The notes below the pieces were generated by a model that had not been told where the DNA came from, ran no database searches, and saw nothing but the letters and a program-made list of their open reading frames with translations. Positions 59,016-64,000 of a stretch of DNA of 64,000 nt are shown here, piece after piece; the stretch's first letter is position 1, and each line of letters begins with the position of its first letter. The stretch is from an uncultured delta proteobacterium (GTDB lineage Bacteria; Myxococcota; B64-G9): NCBI GenBank assembly GCA_963754925.1, contig CAVWHX010000003.1, positions 608,001 through 672,000 of the forward strand, in the 5' to 3' direction. A program made the translations under genes and the position numbers.

Positions 59016-60089
59016 ATGCATGAAGCCGCCAAGCCGACCTTCAACATTCCGACGCCACAAGCGATATATAAAGAGCTTGACCGCTACGTCATCGGCCAAT
59101 CCGATGCCAAAAAAGTCGTCGCTATCGCGGCCTACAATCATTACAAACGCATTTCTCGCCGCGCGATGCATTCCCAGAGCCTGCTCAAGAAATCAAACAT
59201 TTTGATGATCGGCCCGACCGGCTGCGGCAAAACCCACATCGCCCGCCAACTGGCGCGCATCCTCGACGTGCCCTTCACGGTCTGCGACGCAACCGAGTAC
59301 ACCGAAGCGGGATACTACGGCAAGGACGTCGAGGTCATGATTGCCGAGCTCCTCTTTAAGATGGATCAGGATATTTCAAGCACCCAACGCGGTATTGTTT
59401 TCGTCGACGAGATCGACAAGATCGCACGGCGCTCCCACGGCGCGCGGACCGGGGCGGGCAGCCGGGACATCGGCGGCGAAGGGGTTCAGCAGGCGTTGCT
59501 GAAGCTCCTCGAGGGACAGGAGATTTTTGTTCCGCTCAATGTCACCCAACACTGGAATAAACACGACTTCGTGCAGGTCGATACCAGCGATATTTTATTC
59601 ATCTGCGCCGGAACGTTTTCTGATCTGCCGGGAATGGAACCGGACAACGAAATAGGATTTGGGGCCACGCGTGGACGGCGGCGCCCGCGGAGATTGCGCG
59701 TAACACAAAAAATGCTGGTCGAATACGGATTGATTCCGGAGTTTCTCGGCCGTTTGCCGGTAACGGTGCAACTGCAGGCGCTCAATGAAGACGACCTGGT
59801 GCGCATTTTAGCCGAGCCGCCCGACTCCATTCTGCGCGAGTATACCGAGCTCCTGGCGCTTGACGATATTAACCTTGAGCTTTCAGAGCAGGCGCAGCGA
59901 GAGGTGGTGCGCTACGCAATCGATAAACGCATTGGAGCCCGTGGGCTGCGCAGCATTTTCGAGGAAGTCCTGCGCGACGTCATGTTCACCGCGCCTATGC
60001 TGGCCGGTCAGACGCTACCGATAGACGAACAGTTCATCCGTCAACGATTATCCGCGCTCGATCAAGAGCTCGAACCTACGAATTCTTGA
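59016..60089 (+). CDS. clpX: ClpX-like AAA+ ATPase lacking the N-terminal zinc-binding domain
   Basis: YVIGQ..AK, YNHYKR, KSNILMIGPTGCGKT, DEIDK, GEGVQQALLK, IGF loop, PEFLGRLP, GARGLR. Confidence 0.85.
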   Translation: MHEAAKPTFNIPTPQAIYKELDRYVIGQSDAKKVVAIAAYNHYKRISRRAMHSQSLLKKSNILMIGPTGCGKTHIARQLARILDVPFTVCDATEYTEAGYYGKDVEVMIAELLFKMDQDISSTQRGIVFVDEIDKIARRSHGARTGAGSRDIGGEGVQQALLKLLEGQEIFVPLNVTQHWNKHDFVQVDTSDILFICAGTFSDLPGMEPDNEIGFGATRGRRRPRRLRVTQKMLVEYGLIPEFLGRLPVTVQLQALNEDDLVRILAEPPDSILREYTELLALDDINLELSEQAQREVVRYAIDKRIGARGLRSIFEEVLRDVMFTAPMLAGQTLPIDEQFIRQRLSALDQELEPTNS

Positions 60090-60159
60090 CCAACGAAGCC
60101 TATAATTAGATAATTTTCTAAAGTTCTCAAAGATGTTCCATCTCTGAGGAAGGTGACCA

Positions 60160-61776
60160 ATGGCCACTACCGACAGTTATTTTACGATGTTAGTGTTAGC
60201 ACCGGTGGGATCGAGCGCCTCCAGCCGTCGGTCCTATTCACTTGACCTCTACGGACTTGACGAGGTCCTCGAATCAATCAAACCCACTATTGAGGTTGAG
60301 GTTCCCAAGGACCTTGTTCCTGCTGGGGTTTTAAGCTTCACCATAACCAGCATCAAGGACTTCAAACCCGATCGATTGGCCCTTGCGGCCCCATTCGTAC
60401 ACAGGCTGATCGAAGCCAGAAGCTTCGTTGATGAGGCGACATCACAGGGCATTTCTCTTGATCAGATGGTTGACCGGTTGAGGAAGGACTGGGGCGATCT
60501 TTCGCTGGTTCTTCCCGATGCGAGCATCTCTTCGGCCGCAGCGTCGGTCCCGAAAAGCTCTGCGGTCGATAGTCTGTTGTCCATGGTTGCCGGGCCCAGT
60601 GAGGCCGATCAATCTGTTGCTGAAGCCCACGCAACCACTACCATCAAGAAACAAATCGACGATCGATTGAGCAAGATACTCAGTGTTGTTTACAACAATA
60701 CCGATTTTAGAAAATGTGAAGCAACCTGGCGCGGCATCGAGCTATTGCTCAAACAAGGGCCGGTTAAGGTAAGTCAAGGCCTTGAGGTCCAACTGGTTTC
60801 GGTCACGTTTGAGACCATCAAACAAACCCTTGCCACTCTTGCTGACGAACTCGCCGCCAAACCGCCCAATCTGGTTTTGGTTGACCTCCCCTTGACGGCA
60901 ACGGTGGAACACCTTGATGTTCTTGAGCAACTGGCCTCGTTCGGAGAAAGCTTGTTAAGCCCGACCCTTGCGTGGGTGGAGGCCGGATTTCTCCATATTC
61001 ACCATTGGTCTGAGCTGAGTCGTTTGCCCTACCTCAAACACCATATTGAAGACACCGCATTTGCCAAGTGGCGCAAATTTCAACAAGAGCCTGCCGCCGA
61101 TTGGTTGGCCGTGACCTGCAACCGGTTCATGGGCAGGCTCAACTACGGACCGGGCAATCCGCCAAACAAGGTCCCGCTATTCGATGAACACGACGCACTC
61201 TGGTTGAGCCCGGTTTGGGCGATTGGGGCCCTCATCGCACAGAGCATGAACCAATTCGGATGGCCGTCGCGTTTTACCGACATCGGCTCGGTTCACCTCG
61301 ACGGCCTGCCCCTGCCGGCCGCGGGCAATCCCTTGGCTACTGAAATGGCGGTCGGTGAGGATCGGCTAGTCCAGTTTATTGAGGTTGGGTTGATTCCTCT
61401 GGTGGCTCCGCCGGGGAAAGACAGCTTATTTATTCCGCAGGAGACCTCGGTAGCCTTAGGTTCGCTGGCGATCCAGCTTCTTATGTCCAGAGTGTTTTCG
61501 TTTTTCTTCTGGTGTGAAAAGAACCTCGTCAGCGTCCCATCGAGCGATAATCCGGCAAAGCTCATCCGAGATGCCATAGCGCTGAAATGGCAAAAGACCG
61601 GACACCCCTTACCGGACGATTTTGAAATTACCGCCGACGCTGCCCTTGAGGACGGATCACTCCCCCTGCATATTCGCTTTACGACACCCTCCAGGCTTAT
61701 CCGAAAACCACAGATGTTTGAGTTTGATTTCAGATTTAGCCCATCAATGCAGACGGCCGCTTCAAAAGATCAATAA
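60160..61776 (+). CDS. Fused T6SS contractile-sheath TssB/TssC (VipA-VipB)-like protein, divergent
   Basis: N-terminal LDEVL..IKP.I.VEVP...SIKDFKPD.L (VipA-like); IDDRLSKILSVV.N..F...EATWRG, WRKFQ, RFMGRLNYG, LWLSP, FGWP (VipB-like). Confidence 0.75.
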   Translation: MATTDSYFTMLVLAPVGSSASSRRSYSLDLYGLDEVLESIKPTIEVEVPKDLVPAGVLSFTITSIKDFKPDRLALAAPFVHRLIEARSFVDEATSQGISLDQMVDRLRKDWGDLSLVLPDASISSAAASVPKSSAVDSLLSMVAGPSEADQSVAEAHATTTIKKQIDDRLSKILSVVYNNTDFRKCEATWRGIELLLKQGPVKVSQGLEVQLVSVTFETIKQTLATLADELAAKPPNLVLVDLPLTATVEHLDVLEQLASFGESLLSPTLAWVEAGFLHIHHWSELSRLPYLKHHIEDTAFAKWRKFQQEPAADWLAVTCNRFMGRLNYGPGNPPNKVPLFDEHDALWLSPVWAIGALIAQSMNQFGWPSRFTDIGSVHLDGLPLPAAGNPLATEMAVGEDRLVQFIEVGLIPLVAPPGKDSLFIPQETSVALGSLAIQLLMSRVFSFFFWCEKNLVSVPSSDNPAKLIRDAIALKWQKTGHPLPDDFEITADAALEDGSLPLHIRFTTPSRLIRKPQMFEFDFRFSPSMQTAASKDQ

Positions 61777-61857
61777 TAGTCACACGGTTTCTTGAAAGTC
61801 TCATCCATCTATGCGATTCTTCCTGGGGTACCTTTTAGTATCCAAACCAATACTCCT

Positions 61858-63603
61858 ATGGCCCGACTCACCTATAAAAACGACCCTTCCACCTCCTTTG
61901 AGCTCGGAACCAGCCAAAGCATTATCGGCCGCGCCGAAGACTGCGACATCCGGATACCCGATGACTACATAGCCGATCATCAATGCCAGATTACCTTTAA
62001 CGGAAGTCAGTATGTCATCGAGAACCTTGGAGAAACACCGTTGCTGGTCAATGGGCAACACGTAAGTCATCACACGCTCGACCATCGGGACGAGATCTCG
62101 TTTTCAGATCAGAGGCTCATCTTTTATCTAAGCAGCGAGCGCGCGAAGGCGCCGGCTGCTCAAAAGCGAACGTCGGCTTTGCCACCGGGGAAAGCTCGGC
62201 TGATTTCTAGCAAGGATCCATCGATTTTTTATGAGGTGGGCGATCGGGATCTTTACATCGGCAGTGGCGATGACTGCGATATTCACATTCCCGACGAATA
62301 TCTCTCCAAACGGCAGTGTCGTGTCTTCACTGAATCCGGCCGCACCGTCATCGAAAACCTCGGCCAAAATCCGTTGGTGATCAACGGTCAACAGGTAAAG
62401 AAATACGCGCTTCGCGATATCGATGAAATCACTATCTCGGACGCCCGGTTTGTCTATCACGTCGAAGGGGCGACACCGAAGAAACCAGGCAAAACGAAAC
62501 CAGCGGCAAGGAAAGCTTCCGTACGGACTTCCCCGCGTTCGACCGCCGAGAGCATTCTCCAGGAGATTGGCGGTTCCGATGTCGATGAGATTCGAAAGCG
62601 CAGCTTGATGATCGTGCGCGCTTTTGAAAAGACCCAAAAGAAGCAAAAAAGAAAATACACCGTCATCATCGCGGTGATAGGTGTTTTGGCGGTTCTCGCG
62701 AGCGTCTACGCGGTGATCAATCATCTCAAGATGGGTCGACAACGTCAGCTAGCCGAATCCATTTTCTATAACTTAAAAGATCTCGATGTAAAGCTCGCTC
62801 AGTTGCCCCAGACAGACGTTGAGAGCATTCAAAAGCGCCGGCACATGGAGCGCGACTACGACAAATTTGTCGAAGACCTAGGAATATATGGGGAAAATCT
62901 CAGCCCCGAAGATCGGCTGATACTCAAGATGGCCCGCGTCTTCGGAGAATGCGAGATAAATATACCGCAGAACTTTGTGCAACAGGTTCATACCTACATC
63001 GCGCAATGGCAAAAGAGCCCGCGCCTGCGCGAAGCCATCGGTCGGGCGTTGAGCCGAGGGTACAACACCTTGATTGGTGAAGAGATGTTGAAAAACAATC
63101 TTCCACCGCAGTTCTTTTATCTGGCGCTTCAAGAGAGTAACTTCATACCGGAAGTTATTGGCCCGAAAACTCATGCCGGCTACGCCAAAGGTATGTGGCA
63201 ATTTATTCCCCCCACCGCCATGCAATACGGGCTCAAGACCGGTCCCCTGCAAGAGTATCAAAAGTACGATCCACTCGATGAACGCCACGATCCGCAAAAA
63301 TCCACCCGGGCGGCCGCTAAGTATATAAAGTTTATTTACAGCACCGATGCACAGGCCTCTGGATTGCTGGTCATGGCCTCCTACAATTGGGGGGAAGGCA
63401 GCGTCATAAAGAATTTACGCAAAATGCCGGAGAATCCGCGCGATCGCAACTTCTGGAAATTAATTCAACAGTATCGCATCCCCGACGAGACATATAATTA
63501 CGTATATATGATCTTCTCCGCCGCGGTCATTGGCGAAAACCCGCGCTTATTCGGATTCGATTTTGACAACCCGTTGGCCGACGTGGGACGTTCAGACGGA
63601 TAA
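61858..63603 (+). CDS. Double-FHA domain, single-TM, MltD-like lytic transglycosylase
   Basis: Two FHA-like repeats (IGRAEDCDIRI, IGSGDDCDIHI, IENLG..PL.VNG); TM VIIAVIGVLAVLASVYAV; LALQES, AKGMWQFIP.TA..YGL, ASYNWGEG, ETYNYV. Confidence 0.85.
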   Translation: MARLTYKNDPSTSFELGTSQSIIGRAEDCDIRIPDDYIADHQCQITFNGSQYVIENLGETPLLVNGQHVSHHTLDHRDEISFSDQRLIFYLSSERAKAPAAQKRTSALPPGKARLISSKDPSIFYEVGDRDLYIGSGDDCDIHIPDEYLSKRQCRVFTESGRTVIENLGQNPLVINGQQVKKYALRDIDEITISDARFVYHVEGATPKKPGKTKPAARKASVRTSPRSTAESILQEIGGSDVDEIRKRSLMIVRAFEKTQKKQKRKYTVIIAVIGVLAVLASVYAVINHLKMGRQRQLAESIFYNLKDLDVKLAQLPQTDVESIQKRRHMERDYDKFVEDLGIYGENLSPEDRLILKMARVFGECEINIPQNFVQQVHTYIAQWQKSPRLREAIGRALSRGYNTLIGEEMLKNNLPPQFFYLALQESNFIPEVIGPKTHAGYAKGMWQFIPPTAMQYGLKTGPLQEYQKYDPLDERHDPQKSTRAAAKYIKFIYSTDAQASGLLVMASYNWGEGSVIKNLRKMPENPRDRNFWKLIQQYRIPDETYNYVYMIFSAAVIGENPRLFGFDFDNPLADVGRSDG

Positions 63604-63610
63604 TTCCTTG

Positions 63611-63741
63611 GTCATCCCCACGCAGGCGGGGATTCATAAAATGTTTCACTACTGGATTCCAGCCAAGCCCACAGGATAAGAGACTCTAACTCACTTCGTT
63701 CGTAAGAGTCTCTAACCGCACGCCGCATACGTGGGAATGAC
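63611..63741. repeat. REP doublet (GTCAT.CCC.CGCAGGCGGG type) with nested hairpin insertion in the second arm
   Basis: gtcatccccacgcaggcggggattca ... ctggattcc[insert]gtgggaatgac; insert homologous to 2610-2658. Confidence 0.6.
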
Positions 63742-64000
63742 TATTTTAGTTTGATACTAAAAAGCTCGGCCTCGTCGGTTTCAGGAAATTGGCCAAACAT
63801 AATCGAGGCCGGATTGCCGAGGATGCCGACGTAATATGAATTTTCAGAATCAATCGAATTTTTCACCGCCCAGCCGGTAAATTCCTTCCCACCCTGATTT
63901 ATTTTCAAACCTTGCATGGCGTATTCGAGCACGGTCTTTTGCGGAAGCGTGCCCTTGGGCCCGACCCCGTGCGCCCGAATCTCGCCGTCGGACACCGCAA
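63741..64000 (-). CDS. Hypothetical protein, C-terminal part (probably 5' truncated by window edge)
   Basis: Open frame ending PETDEAELFSIKLK; no recognisable motif. Confidence 0.5.
   Translation of the reverse strand, partial: AVSDGEIRAHGVGPKGTLPQKTVLEYAMQGLKINQGGKEFTGWAVKNSIDSENSYYVGILGNPASIMFGQFPETDEAELFSIKLK

Noticed and set aside
1..64000. CRISPR arrays, tRNA or rRNA genes, prophage
   Set aside because: No regularly spaced repeat-spacer series, cloverleaf, rRNA-like stretch or phage structural genes recognised by eye; tRNAscan and Infernal were not run.

Overview
Gene-dense bacterial chromosomal segment. Lipobox Cys-rich proteins, a zinc-finger-less ClpX and Re-citrate-synthase-like, LarE and MetXW genes suggest a Myxococcota/deltaproteobacteria-like, possibly anaerobic organism (inference). 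In order: TonB C-terminus, esterase, purU, rhlE; a nitrogen island (archaeal-type asparagine synthetase A, two amtB-glnK pairs, a porin, a Re-citrate-synthase-like enzyme with a Cache-like domain) whose three promoters share a sigma54 -24/-12 box and a fixed-geometry tandem TACA-N4-TGTA upstream site; metY-rrf2-cysK; kdp(G)FABCDE; larE-mnmA-nadA; a degenerate DDE IS with a 16-bp target duplication; a candidate amino-cyclitol phospho(sphingo)lipid locus (CDP-alcohol phosphotransferase, class III aminotransferase, Gfo/Idh/MocA dehydrogenase, two AUR1-like synthases, GtrA); FadL, an OYE-family reductase, a Cys-rich lipoprotein, a MetX-MetW fusion; an IclR-led catabolic operon (PanE-like, ThDP enzyme, IlvD-like, GMC plus small subunit); a PAS hybrid kinase; comM-recA; small accessory genes; ClpX paralogue, a fused TssB-TssC-like sheath gene and an FHA-FHA-lytic transglycosylase. 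Single-base frameshifts in recA, nadA and gtrA look like assembly indels. No rRNA, tRNA or CRISPR array was recognised. Product calls come from motifs recognised by eye, not from database searches.
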